Below are positions 25,964 to 39,032 of a DNA stretch of 64,000 bases, piece after piece. The notes under the pieces are model-generated. The model searched no databases, was not told the origin of the DNA, and saw nothing but the letters and a program-made list of their open reading frames with translations. Made by a program: the position numbers and the translations under genes. The stretch's first letter is position 1. Each line of letters opens with the position of its first letter. The stretch lies in contig JAQGDQ010000022.1 in the NCBI GenBank assembly GCA_030141605.1, forward strand, positions 806,001 to 870,000, in the 5' to 3' direction. This DNA comes from Tubiluchus corallicola. Its lineage: Eukaryota; Animalia; Priapulida.

Positions 25964-27164
25964 CAGTCCATAGCATAAGTATAATCACAAAGTATAACCT
26001 ACGTAAGTATGATAAGAAAAGCTCTATGGTTCGTCTGAAATAAGATTAGCGCCAGTTTTAAATTCATTAGAAGAAACATATTTATAACTACAAACAAAAA
26101 AGCATTTTAGATAAATTAGCGTTGTTTTATAATTTAGCATAACTGATCCATTAGATCAATAACTGCAACTCCTTTGTTTTCTGAAACCAAGCTCAGGAAA
26201 GTTACAAAATGCATACTAATTATCCAATATTACTACCACTAAACTGCATTACAAATAAAATCACTACAAGAAAGAAGTATAATATAAGTTGTTAGATGTA
26301 ACTGTAGTAAATTCATTGTAAAACTAACAATCAAACTCTGGTTCTTGAGTCAGCGCAAGGGTAAAGGCCGGCAAGTTATTACATTTTAGCAGACAAAAAC
26401 CGTCACTTGATAAAACTATAGCCCTACAATCAATAAAGCAGGCTAAACTATGGTACAATCAATGAAGCATGTTACAAAATGACAAAATAAACTAAAGCGC
26501 CATTTTTGTACGTTGTAACGTGCACGATGTGCTATGCTTGCTGCTACTGATAAGCAGGTGCGGTCTGATTGTTCTAACTCATTTAGTACACCGTGTGAAA
26601 ACCTACTCGCGCATGTAATTTAATAGCCAGTAAGTACCACCGCCTGACCACCTTTTAAAACTGCCTTTGGACGGTTTCATGAGGTATACCGCCCAACTAT
26701 TGTCTTTAATGTGATCGTTTAATGATTGGGTTCCTGTCTCGCCACAAACAATGCAGACTTGTAGAAAGTAAAACAAACGCTGTCATTTGAACCAGTTCTC
26801 TGAAACATTAACTTTGCTCTGATCGGCGCTGAGATAGGCTATGTCAACGTTAATAAGCCTTCCATTTGCTATCTCACTTTTGATTTTTGCATTACCATTT
26901 CTCGAGGGAAGTCTTAACTTTTTATCAGAGTAATGGTACTGCGCATTTATGGAAAGATTAAAAACATCAAACCAGTTTAATCTAACTCACCAAAACAATT
27001 TCAAAAGGCAAAGAGCAGTGCATATTAAAAGTCACAGTGTCCTTCACTTCACGATTTTTATAATTTTTCGAACGTGTTAACCTTTCACAAATGAAAGAAC
27101 TTGATTAGACGTCTTTGTCGCCCTTAATCCTCGCTCTCGTGGAGAAACATCGCGTTTACGACAT

Positions 27165-27430
27165 GACGAGAGGATGTCCAAGTGATTAGACAAACCAAAT
27201 GTAGTAAAACCAAGAGGAAGAGTTCAGGTAAATAGCTACACCAAATTCGGCAAGACCGTGAGGAAATCCAGGTAAACAAGCCACGCCAAATATGGCAAAA
27301 GCAAGGAGAATTCCACTTAAACAATCATGCCAAATATGGCAAGGCATTAGGAAGATATCGTAAACAGCAACTGTAGCAAGTCCATAAAGATTTCCACGTG
27401 AACAATCTCACCGTTTAAATATGGCATGCT
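27165..27430 (+). repeat. Degenerate tandem repeat of about 43-45 bp (GAGGAAATCCAGGTAAACAAGCCACGCCAAATATGGCAA..)
   Basis: About 5-6 diverged units with recurring CCAAATATGGCAA and CAGGTAAA. Confidence 0.7.
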
Positions 27431-29583
27431 TCTACTTACAAAAGAATTGTGCTGCAGAAAAATCGCAAAACGTCTGAATCGAAGAATGGCAATGGTTTCG
27501 TTAATGTTTTCACACGGGAAAGCAAGGGCCTTGATGTTAATGATGTTCAAAAATCAAAATTATTTAATATAAACTTGATATTAACTTTTGATTTCGTTCG
27601 GATAAACTTAATTTAAACTCTTTTTTAATTGATAAATAGATGAGCGTTTTGTGCGACCCGGATTAACGACAGTAATGGATACAGGTGAAAAACTGTCCTG
27701 ATTATTGCACATCTTTTCTTGCTAAATAATAAAATTTTTGAGTGACACAAATAAAGCAATATTTCCCGTTTGCTGACAACCTAATGTCAATCGTATTGTG
27801 AAAAGTCGCAATAGCTCATGTACAATCAGCACAAGCTGCTTGCCAGTGATGTCCCCGCTTTTTCGTCTTTAATTTTCGTTGAACTCGTGAGAGGCAAAAC
27901 ACGTTCACGGCGAATAGTCAGGTTGTAAATTTCATTCTCTGGCAAGATTTCTCTTATGCACCAGTCTACAATACACATAATTTTAACCCGGAAACGTTGT
28001 TTTCTTGGTAATAATTGAATTTTATTGAAACCCTCGGAATCCCAGATAAAACGACGAGTTGCTGATGCATTGAACCATAATCATTTTATGTTAAGCCTTC
28101 AGCTAATGGCTGTCAAATTCAGAGTTTATGCATCAAAACAGTGTATGAAACAAGACTTTTTATGATAGACTTGCTATGATAAGATCATTGTTGTCATCAT
28201 CATTATCGTCGCTGTCATCTTCACCATTGAAATTTTTAGCAACGTCAAAGGATTGTCTCATATAAGCGCATTGGTTCATAAGCAATGTTTCACTTTTTAG
28301 AAAGGAGACTTGGTTTTTGGTTTACAAGCTTTTTGTTCCAAAACAATGTTTCGTTTATTGTCTTGGAAGGAAAAGATAATTGCTAAGCAGCTAACCTTCC
28401 GTCTTAGTTTACGACGTTACGTTCGCGTTTTTCACTTGAGAATTTAGTCTCCTGAGCTTAACTGACCACATTCGGCTTTGTCGAGTTTGCTTTGATCATT
28501 TAGCACTTTCCCCGAACACTTATTAGATAAATTTGGGAGGAACTGTTTTCTTCTACTGGACTTAAATTGTTGTCTAGTTTTGAAGAACGGCGTGTAGGTT
28601 GGTTTTGAAGGGAAGCAATCACTGCTTGTTTTAACATTATAAGTTATTAATATGATCTATAGTTAATAACGGTTATAATTTTTTCGTATGTTCTAATGAC
28701 CAGTAACATACTTCATGAATTAACGCAATATGACAGCCCAAATATAACTGCCAAATGCAGACCCTACGACTGTTGTAATGAGCTACTAGTAATTCGTTTA
28801 AGATAATCTGAAGTAATTTGTTTATGACGTATTATTTTTAAACTAAACTATAAAGAAAAAACAATAAAGTTTATTCAGAGATGTTGCTTGCTAACATGTA
28901 ACCAAATAAAAATTATGTGGATCTAATAAAATTTTCATTGTTTCGCAAAAATAAACACTTATAAATACCTTTTATATACAATTTTGGACTGATACACAAT
29001 TAGATGATAAGTTTTTATGATAATTACGTTTTAGATTTATATGACAAATACTTTATAGGTGGCTAGATTCATAGAATCATAGTCCAAAAAAATAATTGCC
29101 ATAACCAAAGCGCAAGCATCAAACTGAACACGAAAAACTTTCAGAATAAACTGCGTAATAATATTGTCTGTGGACAAGCAATATGTTATCCAGTAATGCT
29201 ACTTTAGGCCAAATACTTGGTTTGTATAAGTAAGTATAAGTAAAGTTTATCGTTTGTCAGATACTTTTCTTTCTATGTTCGAACCTCCATCCATATTTAG
29301 CTTAGGTCAATTTAAATGTCAAAAGCTGTTATTTAAAGGATAAATATTGTTTGTCAGAAATATCGTTTGCTTTCATTAACTCCTTCTTTTTGATAACTTA
29401 ATGTGACAATTTGAATTGCAAGTTACTGCTAATTGCACTAAATCAGCGGATATTATTTTAAAGCTGCAGTCATTCAAAAAGTAGGGAATTTCCGGGTTAT
29501 TTGCATGATGCCAACCGCTAATTTTGTTAACACTAAACTCGTTGATATCGTATCGGCTCAAACGTGTCAAACGGCTCAGTACG

Positions 29584-30582
29584 GGGTAGACGCGTTATCC
29601 AGAAAAACTTTCCAAGAAAGGTTTTTTGTCTGAAAATTTTTCCCCGACAAAAAAACGTCACAGAAAACATTTTGTCAGAAAAATTAACTTCCCAGAAAAA
29701 ATTTCCAGAAAAGATTTTTCCCAGAATAGCCATTTCCCAGAAATTTTTTTCTAGACCCGTCATTTCACTGAAAATAAAATTCTTAGAAAATGTAATATGT
29801 CCTTTTTATGCGCAGTTAAATGATGCGAAAAAAGTTGTTTATTTTAAGTACGTGTATCGATTAATACCGATTATGTGATCAAAAAATTTGATCAACTCGT
29901 TAAGGCAAGAAAGTAGATATGTAACGTCAGAACGATTTCGTGGCGAATCATGTTGATCTTAGCATCTGCGCAATACTGAACAATCACCGCGTTTGATTCG
30001 CTACCAAAGTGAAGCAATGTCGAGCCTGGCAACTGATTAGTTGGGTAACTGCTTTGGAATCTCACTTTGAAGAATTCCGTTCACTACTATGCCGAATTAT
30101 TTCGCTGATTTTTGATTACATGCATTTGATCGTGACTGTGACACCTCTGCCTTTGCAATATTTCATCTCAGAGGATTATTTTAAAAATGAACTAGGATCC
30201 GGTCCTGCCATAAAAGAACCTGTAAAAATATCTTGTGTAGGGGCATAATTTATTGGGCAAATTTAGATTCCAACATAACGTTAATTGTTTTCATTTTCTA
30301 TATTCTTTATTAAACTTTATTTCAAATCCTTTGAAAATCAATTAAATTTGACGTGATTATATAGCAAATGATACAATACAAATTTATTCTAATTCAATTC
30401 TAAAATACGTTGCAATGCGCAGAAAAAATATCAACACGATTTAAGCGCTAAAAATACGGCACATTTTGACTGTCTGCTGTACAGCCTGTACTCTATACAT
30501 TGCTTCATATTCGAAGATTCTGATAGTCCTTAGTTAAAGCACTGTAAATAATTAGAAGCAAAGGGCGAGTGAGACGGAGAGG

Positions 30583-30653
<71 letters not shown>

Positions 30654-30973
30654 GAGGAGGAGAGGGAAAAAGCCGGGAAGCTGATAGCGAGGGAAAGGAG
30701 AGAGGAAGAGACGAAAACAGAAAAAAGAAACCGAAGACTTTATCCTACTAAAATAGCAGACCTTACAACAAAAAACGAAACCGCGATTTTTGGGTTAAAA
30801 AAATATTTCTGGTAAATACTTTTTCTGTGAAACAAGTTTTCTAGGAAAAGTATTTTCTGGGAAAAAAGTTTTCGATGAAAAACAATTTTCGGGCAATTTT
30901 TTTCTGGGAATTTATTTTTTTCTAGGAAATTTTTTTCTCTGAAAAAAGTTTTCTGGGAAACGGACCTAAACCC
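29584..30973. mobile_element. Foldback/MULE-like non-autonomous element with TTCCCAGAA subrepeat arms
   Basis: Left arm GGGTAGACGCGTTATCCAGAAAA..(TTCCCAGAA)n at 29584-29790; right arm (TTCTGGGAA)n..GAAACGGACCTAAACCC at 30800-30973, inverted; similar flanks CTCAGTACG / TTCGTACTG. Confidence 0.75.
30587..30646 (+). repeat. (GA)n microsatellite
   Basis: Directly visible. Confidence 0.97.
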
Positions 30974-31089
30974 TTCGTACTGAATAGGCTGTCTTTTGTT
31001 TTCTTAGATGTCATTGTGCTGCAATTGCCAAGTAAAGTTTACTGCAGTTATACATGGCAGTAATTGCTACTATAATCAGTGTATTATCA

Positions 31090-31640
31090 TGGCTGCTGTT
31101 GTTGTGTGTTTGTCGTTGTTTTTGTCTTATCGTTATCGCTGTTTCTGTCGTTGTAAATTTGCTATTGTTGGGTGACCACAGTTACTGCTACCACTGCTTT
31201 TCTTACAGCTGCTGCTACTCCAGTCGTATTGCTGTTACTGTTGCTCCTGCTGTTACTGTTGCTGTTGTTGATGTTACTCTTGATGGTGACGGTGATGGTG
31301 CTGTTGTTGCTGTTGTTTCGTCGTCATAATCGTTATCGTTGCAATTACAGTTGCTTTATGATGACCAACATTATGAACGTCATATTGTTGTTATTCTTGT
31401 TGTTGTCGTGTTCATTGTTGTTGCTGTTATTTTGTTGTTGTTGTCATCGTCGTCGTTGTTACTGTTGTTGTTATTGTTGTCGTCGTTGTTATTGTCGTTG
31501 CTGTTGCTGTTGTCGTCGTTCTTCTTGTTGCCGCTGCTGTCATCATTGTGCCCGTCGCCGTTGTTGTTGTTGTCGTCGTCATCGTCGGCGCCGCCGTTGC
31601 CTGTGTCGTTCTTTCTGATGTAGTTGTGATTATCGTTACT
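31090..31640 (+). repeat. Cryptically simple (GTT/GTC/GCT) trinucleotide region
   Basis: Degenerate triplet repeats; source of several low-complexity ORFs. Confidence 0.85.
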
Positions 31641-32309
31641 GTTCTTCATGTTGCATTGGTTATAAGTTCTTTCAAATTTCTCGGTAAAATTTATCAAAAA
31701 GAAATCTATTTTACCAAAAAGAAAAAAAAACAAGTTTCATAAATTTCAGCCAATATTCTGATAAAGCAGGAAGTTTGATTTCTCTTTTTGCTGGTCTTAT
31801 CACTTGACCTGCTTGTTTCGTGTCTTTTGTTTGCTTAACTTCTGACTGACTTCAGCATGCACGTGTGGACAGATTATCTGAAGCAAGAGAAATCATAGCT
31901 CGAAAATTTCTATTAGAGACCCTTTCATTTGCCCACAGATTATAAACCATTAACCAATTTCCTGTGGGGTTAGAGGTGTCTATATATCGTGACAGAATTG
32001 CCGTGGATGACCAATTAATCTGTAATTTGACACTTAGCTGTGTACAGACAAACCTTGAAAGGTGACTATAGAGATCATGATATTTGAAGCAGATCTCAGC
32101 TCTACCAAATTCTAAGAAAGTTAGAGAGGTTTGCCATCACAAATCACGAGCGAATTTACATAATTATCTATGCATACTGCAAAAGTTAGGCTTGGCTTAC
32201 GAAATTAGACTTGAAAAAATATAATTAAACCAAAAAATATTTTGCGAAAGCAGTTCCTGTTAACATTGCAGGGCATAATAATGCAGGTCGTAATTTTCAT
32301 CCAAAATAA

Positions 32310-32490
32310 GGTAAAATAAAGTAATATGAAATAAAGTAAAGTGAAGTGAAGTGAAGTGACGTGACGTGTAGTGACGTGACGTAACGCGAAGTAGAGCGAA
32401 GTGAAGCAACGCAAAATAAAGTAAAGCAAAGCAAAACAAAGCAAAGGAAAGCAAAACAAAGCAAAGCAAAGTAAAATAAGGTGAAGTAAA
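32310..32490 (+). repeat. Degenerate pentanucleotide repeat (AAGTG/ACGTG/AAAGC)
   Basis: Directly visible 5-bp periodicity. Confidence 0.85.
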
Positions 32491-33834
32491 ATATAACAAA
32501 AGGGCCTCATATTTTAAGAATTGTAGAGCATTTATGATTAGGCAATATGACACTACTTTGTAAGTGTTTAAGATTAACAACTTGTCTATTTGCCAATTTT
32601 TTTCAAATTCATTCAATAAAAAATATGAAACGAACATATCTAACAATTTATTAATTACAGTCCTGACGCTGGAACAAATATCTCAAAACAGTTACATCAT
32701 ATTAACGTGCGATCGACGTCTCTCGCAATGGAAATACAAAACGTAGTCGCACGTTAAGAAGTTTTTAGAAATGCCGGTAAATCCTTAATTTACATAAAAA
32801 ATTAACAGTAAATTTTTCAAAAGCAATTAATCACCTAAATTATATATCTAATCGGAACTATAACGTTTAACATTAAATTTCCGCCCTATGTATCATCAAT
32901 CTTCTTATTGTTCTCTTTCACGAATCCACGACCTTACAACCCGTTTTCATTATTACTTTAAAAGTACAGTATTTGTTGCTTCTAATTACATACTCTGGAT
33001 CACAACTTACGAAGTTATTGATATGTAAAGTCGATATGTATGATTGCTTACTATATAAATGGTTTTCCCGTGAAAGCCATTTTTTAAATCAAAATGGCGG
33101 ACTTAGACAGCCGAATCAGATTTACTGACGCATCTAGCATAACTCACTTTTATAAAAATCACACGGAATTACTGCTCCGACTAACAGTCAATCTGTGTCG
33201 TCGAAAGTATTTTGAATACTTTAGCAGCTGTTAATTTTTCGGGACATTTGATGTTTTTTGACAGGCTTTTCTGTTAACTGACCCTAGTCATTCTGTTTAA
33301 CGCTTTCTCATTCACCCGGTTATTAACATGACTGCTTATTTTGCTTTACCAATTAATTTCAACTAAACTATGTACAAACTCTACTGAACCAGGCTAATTA
33401 TTTCATACGTCATAATAATCTGATGATTTTTGCTGACGTCTTACAGATAACACGCCTACTCAGAAAACCAACAAGAGCCTTTTAGCCATTTTTTCTGGAC
33501 GAATATATCGACCGGTTTAGCATGACTTAGCCGCATATGCTTGCACCATATTAGTATCACAACTAAAGTTAAGTAAGAAGTGATGTAAGTGTCACGTTAA
33601 TCAAGCTTAGTTTACTTTTACTACTTTAATCATTGACGTGTTGGTCAGGTTTTTCTTTGTAGACATTTGTATTTCGCACTTTCAAGTTTTCTGTATCCGG
33701 TAACGCGCTCCACGTCTGTTATGCCAGATTTGTAACGCGTTACGCGTACGTCATAGACAGATCATTTCTTTTCATATATTTTTCTGTCCATGTATCTAAT
33801 TAGCCAACTTTCATTACTGGATTTGAAGAGAACA

Positions 33835-33955
33835 AATTTACACCCTCTAGGAGTCGAACCGGCGACATCAGCCTCTACACTAGTGATGTTGTCTCGACGT
33901 AATGCTAATTTGCAATGCTCTTTCAAAGCAACCCAACTAAGCAACCCGGCTAATA
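33835..33955 (-). mobile_element. tRNA-derived SINE-like head
   Basis: Minus strand GCCGGGTTGCTTAGTTGG (A-box-like) followed by GGTTCGACTCC (perfect B-box); spacing too long for a tRNA. Confidence 0.5.
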
Positions 33956-36216
33956 CCAGGCTGTAAGATTTAAAATTTCTTAAATAAATGCAATAATAGA
34001 AGCGATGATTATGCAGCAAAGTTGAATCACGCCGCCATTGATCAGTGGAAATTATAATAATGGCTGACGTGAGTCGTGACATGAATTCTGCACACCTACT
34101 TGAAAAAGCCTCAAACTGCAGCTATTTTCCCAAATCACACGCTATTTATTTATTAGCAGTATATCGGATAAAACATTTTCCACTTAGATTCAAGACTGAG
34201 TGAACATTTATGGCAGAAAATTTTCGTTTCAATAATGGCAAAATTGAGGCACCGGGTTCTCTTGAGCGCCCATTCAGTATTGAACCAATATTGTACCAGC
34301 TGCCTGCTGCATGACAATCTATTAAAATCTGATGGAGAAGTTCTCTAGGTGCATCCTCATTCTTAACATACGGAAAATACAATGTGGGCGAAAATGTAAA
34401 AAAATGCCACATAATTGCGATAAAATTATCTTATCAACCCTACCTAACTTCCCCACCCCATCTCGGGCAGGGAAGAAATAGAAAAGAATGAGTAAATACC
34501 GGCAATCCCACGACAAAGAGTATTTAATTTTCGAAAAAATGTTCGTTTTAAGATCTGCTATTGACACTCTTATTGCAACTCTTCTGTCATTTATCGAAGC
34601 GGTGCTATCGTAGGAATGTAATATGAAAAGCACATCGAACATCGAAAGACGCTGTTAGCGCTATACCTATAGCGTCACTATTCTTGAAATTAATAATATG
34701 TTTCGCAGTTGACTAACATGTGGTCTTGAGAAGTATATCTTACCACACGACTTGAACTGGATCCCAGTAATTAGTGTTTTCAATTTCGTGAGGCCAGCGT
34801 TGACCTCAAATAATTCTCCGCGAAGCCTGTATCGTCTTCTGTTCAAATTACGAGTATTAAACAAAGCCCATTTATTTTAACTTATGAGTAAGTGAGGAAC
34901 TGCGGTCAATAAATCAAAGATTACTTAATTCGCCATTAATAAGTAATCTTGAAATGAAGATTATAATTAATTATGTGCGATGAAAAATTGATTTAACTCG
35001 TGACTCGTCATGTGATTGTCGCAGTCTGCTATTATGGAACACCAGAGCCCTAGAAGACATTTGACTGCCGAAAGGGGGGACACCGCTGACGTATACGTTT
35101 GAACTCGTTGCAATCTTTAGTATCATCTATTTATTACATTTTGTTCTAGCCTTTCATAGCGACTTTAGCTTATCCAATCACCTCTTTTTATCTGTTCGCG
35201 TTTTGCATTGTGACCAAGGAGCATTCAATACCGTTAAATCAATAATACATTTTTCACCATTCACTGTTTGATTGATATTAATTTCATTAATTATTAAAAC
35301 TTCGTAGCTTACATAATGATCGTGTAATTATTAAGCTGTGTAAAAGTAAGGAACTTTCAGGTGCGCAGAATTCCCTCACTAATTGTATTTTCAACGAGTC
35401 CATCAACCAACGATTTTCGTCTTGTAATAAACCGTTATTCAGTAACTGAGCACTTTTTAGTTTATATTTGAAGTTTTCCCTGTTTTTACCGCCACGCTGA
35501 CTCTAGAGCAGAGGTATAAAATTAGAGGTATATTTAGAGTACAACATGGAATGTAAGTATACAACCACACTAGAAAACCTATGAAGCCAAGTTTGATCAT
35601 TGATGCTTCCAAAATTCTATGAATTCCAAAATTCTTTGCAGTATTTAACACCTCCGTCTAGAGTCAGCATAGTACGAAAAGAACCCGATTAAAACTTAAA
35701 AAAGTTAATGTGTGCTCAAAACATCTCAATTACTACGTAAGAATTTACAATAAAATGAACGTCGTTGGTAATTAGCTTCAAAGAAAATTGAAAATCAAAT
35801 TAGTGATGGACTTTTGAAACACCTTCCATATGTATTATGTGTGTTTGTGTGTTTGTGCGTGAGTGTGTGCCTTGTGCGTGCATGCGTTTGTGTATAATTC
35901 AGTTGCGAAATATTATCGTAAGCTGCTACAACCGCAGTTTAAATACAAACTGACAAAGACCAAAATAAACTGAGTTATTTCAGTCTCTAAGTGGAAAGTT
36001 CATTCAATGTACAGCTTGACCATTTTCAAATAAATGACATTGTCGTGTAAGGTGGGAAAATGACAACATCTAAATTACTGAGTAAACGGATATAGTATTT
36101 AAGTAATTCAGCAGCTAAGAATGATTTGACCGTTTCGCAGAACGGAAATAGTTTGACAAAAGCACAGTCGAAGCAATGTCTGCTGGGCCGTGTACCTGAT
36201 GTGTTTACCTGTTTAT

Positions 36217-36225
36217 AATGATGAC

Positions 36226-36303
<78 letters not shown>
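36217..36303 (+). repeat. (GAT)n microsatellite
   Basis: Directly visible. Confidence 0.97.
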
Positions 36304-36472
36304 AGTAATAATAATTTCGTTTAGGACATAGTCCAGGGATAACACCTCAGTACTTATTTCCAAAGCGGTTTCGATTATTATTAACCGCATGCTAGTTCGA
36401 TAAACTGATAAATGCTTGGTCGAACAACTAGCGTTACAATTTTTTAAGCCTTTGGTATGATTATTTCAGGCG

Positions 36473-36938
36473 TTAAAGCGCAAGAAAACCCTCCACGTAC
36501 ACAAAGCTTAAAAAATTCGTCTTGAAATTTTATACCACTTACGTACTACCTTTTTGCATACTGGGTGTGCGCATACTGGACAGTAACGCTGTATAAAACT
36601 TGTAAATTTAAATTCCCGCGATGACCGTTAGGCGCAGCCATTTTACTGGTAGGTCATTTGATAACATTGCGTGAAATTTGAAAAATAATCAGAACATTCG
36701 TAGCACATATGTTACTAACTAAGTAAAATTTTAAATTAACTGTATCTTGTCAGTAAGATTAAAAATACGTTTTTGGTTAGTGAGTGGCGCATCCTGGAGG
36801 GTGAGCCAGTGACATTTTTCCAATTGGCACGAACATTTTATAGATTTTTACGAACATTTTACTAATTGGTACAAAGTTATATAGATTTGCATAGAAAGTT
36901 TTTTGGGACATAATTTAACATTGCCTTTTCTTCCCCTG
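36473..36938 (+). mobile_element. Kolobok/T2-MITE-like element, copy 3
   Basis: Starts TTAAAGCGCAAGAAAA, which is 2 mismatches from the reverse complement of the copy-2 right end; ends CCTTTTCTTCCCCT. Confidence 0.8.
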
Positions 36939-37121
36939 ATTTAGGTTTGCGTAGCTGACGTCATGTAATGGCGGCGTCGGAACAGTTTTGCGGGTGATTT
37001 AAATTGAAAACAAACAAAAAATCCCTTCAGCCGGAGTACGATATATGCATAGAATTGCTGTAAAGTAGTATAATTTTTTAAGGCGATTTTTCTAAAACCT
37101 ACTTCGGGTATCCCTTTTCTT

Positions 37122-37195
37122 GTCATTTAAACCCGCGACCTCCCGGGTGGGAAGCGAGTGTGCTACCAAGCCTACCATTGAGCTACAACCCCCCC
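37122..37195 (-). pseudogene. tRNA-like pseudogene or SINE head (Gly/Ala-like)
   Basis: Minus strand GGGGGTTGTAGCTCAATGGTAGG..CTCGCTTCCCACCCGGGAGGTCGCGGGTTTAAAT: A-box, tRNA-Gly-like anticodon arm, degenerate B-box, no 3' acceptor stem. Confidence 0.6.
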
Positions 37196-37639
37196 GGGAT
37201 ATTTGGGAACAGATTTCTTTTATTTTAGAATTATGCCGGCTTGCATCTATAGACCTTGGGCGAAGAGATTTGGCAAATGTGATGATCAAGATGATGATGA
37301 TAACGATGAAATGAGGATAACGACGATGATCACATTAACGTTAATGGTGATGATGATGATGATGAAATTGACGATGACCATGAATCGCTTATCTAAATTA
37401 TTTTATCCCATAGTGGTTACATAGGGAAACCAGCAAAATTTTGGTGCACAACACTAGATGACTATGTGACGATGACGAGCGCATGCGGCGTCTTTCCAGA
37501 AATCTAATGAGTTTTAGCGATAATTATCTGAATAGCAAACATTTTGTCTGCGCAAATGGTAGAAGTTGTCGAAAATTTTAAGCTGCGAAACAGCATAATA
37601 ATACACTACATGACAATGTGTTGTTTTACTTTTTTTCAG

Positions 37640-37851
37640 TTTTGGTTGTTGTGGTTTCTGTCCTACTCTTGTGCAGCAGACGAGTTTCAGCAAACGGAAA
37701 CTGTCACTCCTGCGGATCAAGGTGCAGTCAATTATGTAAAGGAATGAGATTTAAAGAATACGCCGAATGCTGCTTACTGAATCGAGTCAGGCAAAAACGC
37801 GTTAGTTCCTCAAGTCCACCGCACCATCGGCGCCACCTTGTGATGTTACCG
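37640..37851 (+). CDS. Trissin-like neuropeptide precursor, exon 2 (signal peptide core, six-Cys mature peptide, KR site)
   Basis: Strong acceptor tactttttttcAG; encodes LVVVVSVLLLCSRRVSA-NGNCHSCGSRCSQLCKGMRFKEYAECCLLNRVRQ-KR; Cys pattern CxxCGxxCxxxC-x10-CC; donor CCG|GTAACG, phase 0. Confidence 0.85.
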
Positions 37852-38903
37852 GTAACGCATACAGTCTTACAAATTCTTCTTTTACGATATGAATAGCCCA
37901 AATATTTTTTGATAAAAACTGAACATATATAATTGAATTTTAGTTTAATAATAGTAATACCTTAGTATATACATATATAGTACATATTGTATAGTACATA
38001 TATATATATATATATACAGGTTATACATATAAAACATTAGGTTTGTTGCTGTCAAAGATGTTTTTGGTACTGTATGAGCGCGCTGTACTTTGCTCTTCAT
38101 TAATATCATAACGCACTGACATAATTTTTATCACTGTTTTGTTTAACTGTCTTTCGAATTATCTGGAGACGGTAAAAAGTAGCTTATGGTAATAAGTAAG
38201 TCATCCCATCCTCGCATAATATGGGAAAGCATAACATGGGAACATTTCGAACTTTCTTGAAACTTTCTAACTTTCTTTGTCCGAAACTACTTGACATAAC
38301 TACGTCACCTGCAAAACCCCAGGCGCAGTTGCTTAAATTGTGAAGCCGCGGGTGATAAGTTTACTGACGGCTTACATAATGTAGAATTTATAAATAAACA
38401 TATCTACAGAAGTACACGTCGTTGAGAAGAAAACCGAAATCTACTTTCAGGTGCCTTAATTACCGCATTAAAAAAGACTCACCAAAATTTTTTTACGTTT
38501 AGCATTTTTGATTTAGCACAGCAGGTTAAAAATAAGTCAATAATTTGCGAAGGAAATATTCAATCCTTGGTGAAGACACTGTAACTCAGATCTGAGACTT
38601 GGTACATCACTGAGTCACTGTCACTTATGGTACCATTTTCATTTGGTGCCTGGCCTCGGATTCTGTATAAATGAGTTGTATATATAAAACGCAAAATCCT
38701 AATTTTCTTTTAGTCGCACTGTAAGCTTATGCTGGATAATTATTGTAATGCTTCAATAATATATTTTGCTAACAGTTTTCTATTGTGAAGGTGCTCTAAG
38801 AGAAACGCGTACTCAGCAATGTCTGTTAAAATAACCCAAACTATAAATTGTTTATTATATTGTTTATTAATTTATTATATCGAGATTTTCTTTGCGTTTT
38901 CAG

Positions 38904-39032
38904 AAATCTCCAGATTTATACTTCGCCATGCCAGCAGAATTCGAGGAACTAGAAAGAGAGGACTTAGAATTTTATAAGGAGTCATTGCTCGATCAACTGT
39001 TAAATAAAGGTTTTAGAGATCGACGAAAATGA
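38904..39032 (+). CDS. Trissin-like neuropeptide precursor, exon 3 (acidic C-terminal propeptide and stop)
   Basis: Acceptor ttttctttgcgttttcAG, phase 0; open frame KSPDLYFAMPAEFEELEREDLEFYKESLLDQLLNKGFRDRRK*; AATAAA downstream at 39341. Confidence 0.78.
   Translation, partial: KSPDLYFAMPAEFEELEREDLEFYKESLLDQLLNKGFRDRRK

Noticed and set aside
37122-37195. Functional tRNA gene
   Set aside because: Insertion in the D arm, mutated B-box and no 3' acceptor stem.
37544-37747. Alternative-frame ORF (..FWLLWFLSYSCAADEF..) resembling a small secreted protein
   Set aside because: It overlaps exon 2 in another frame; the six-Cys frame has matching splice phases on both sides and family resemblance.
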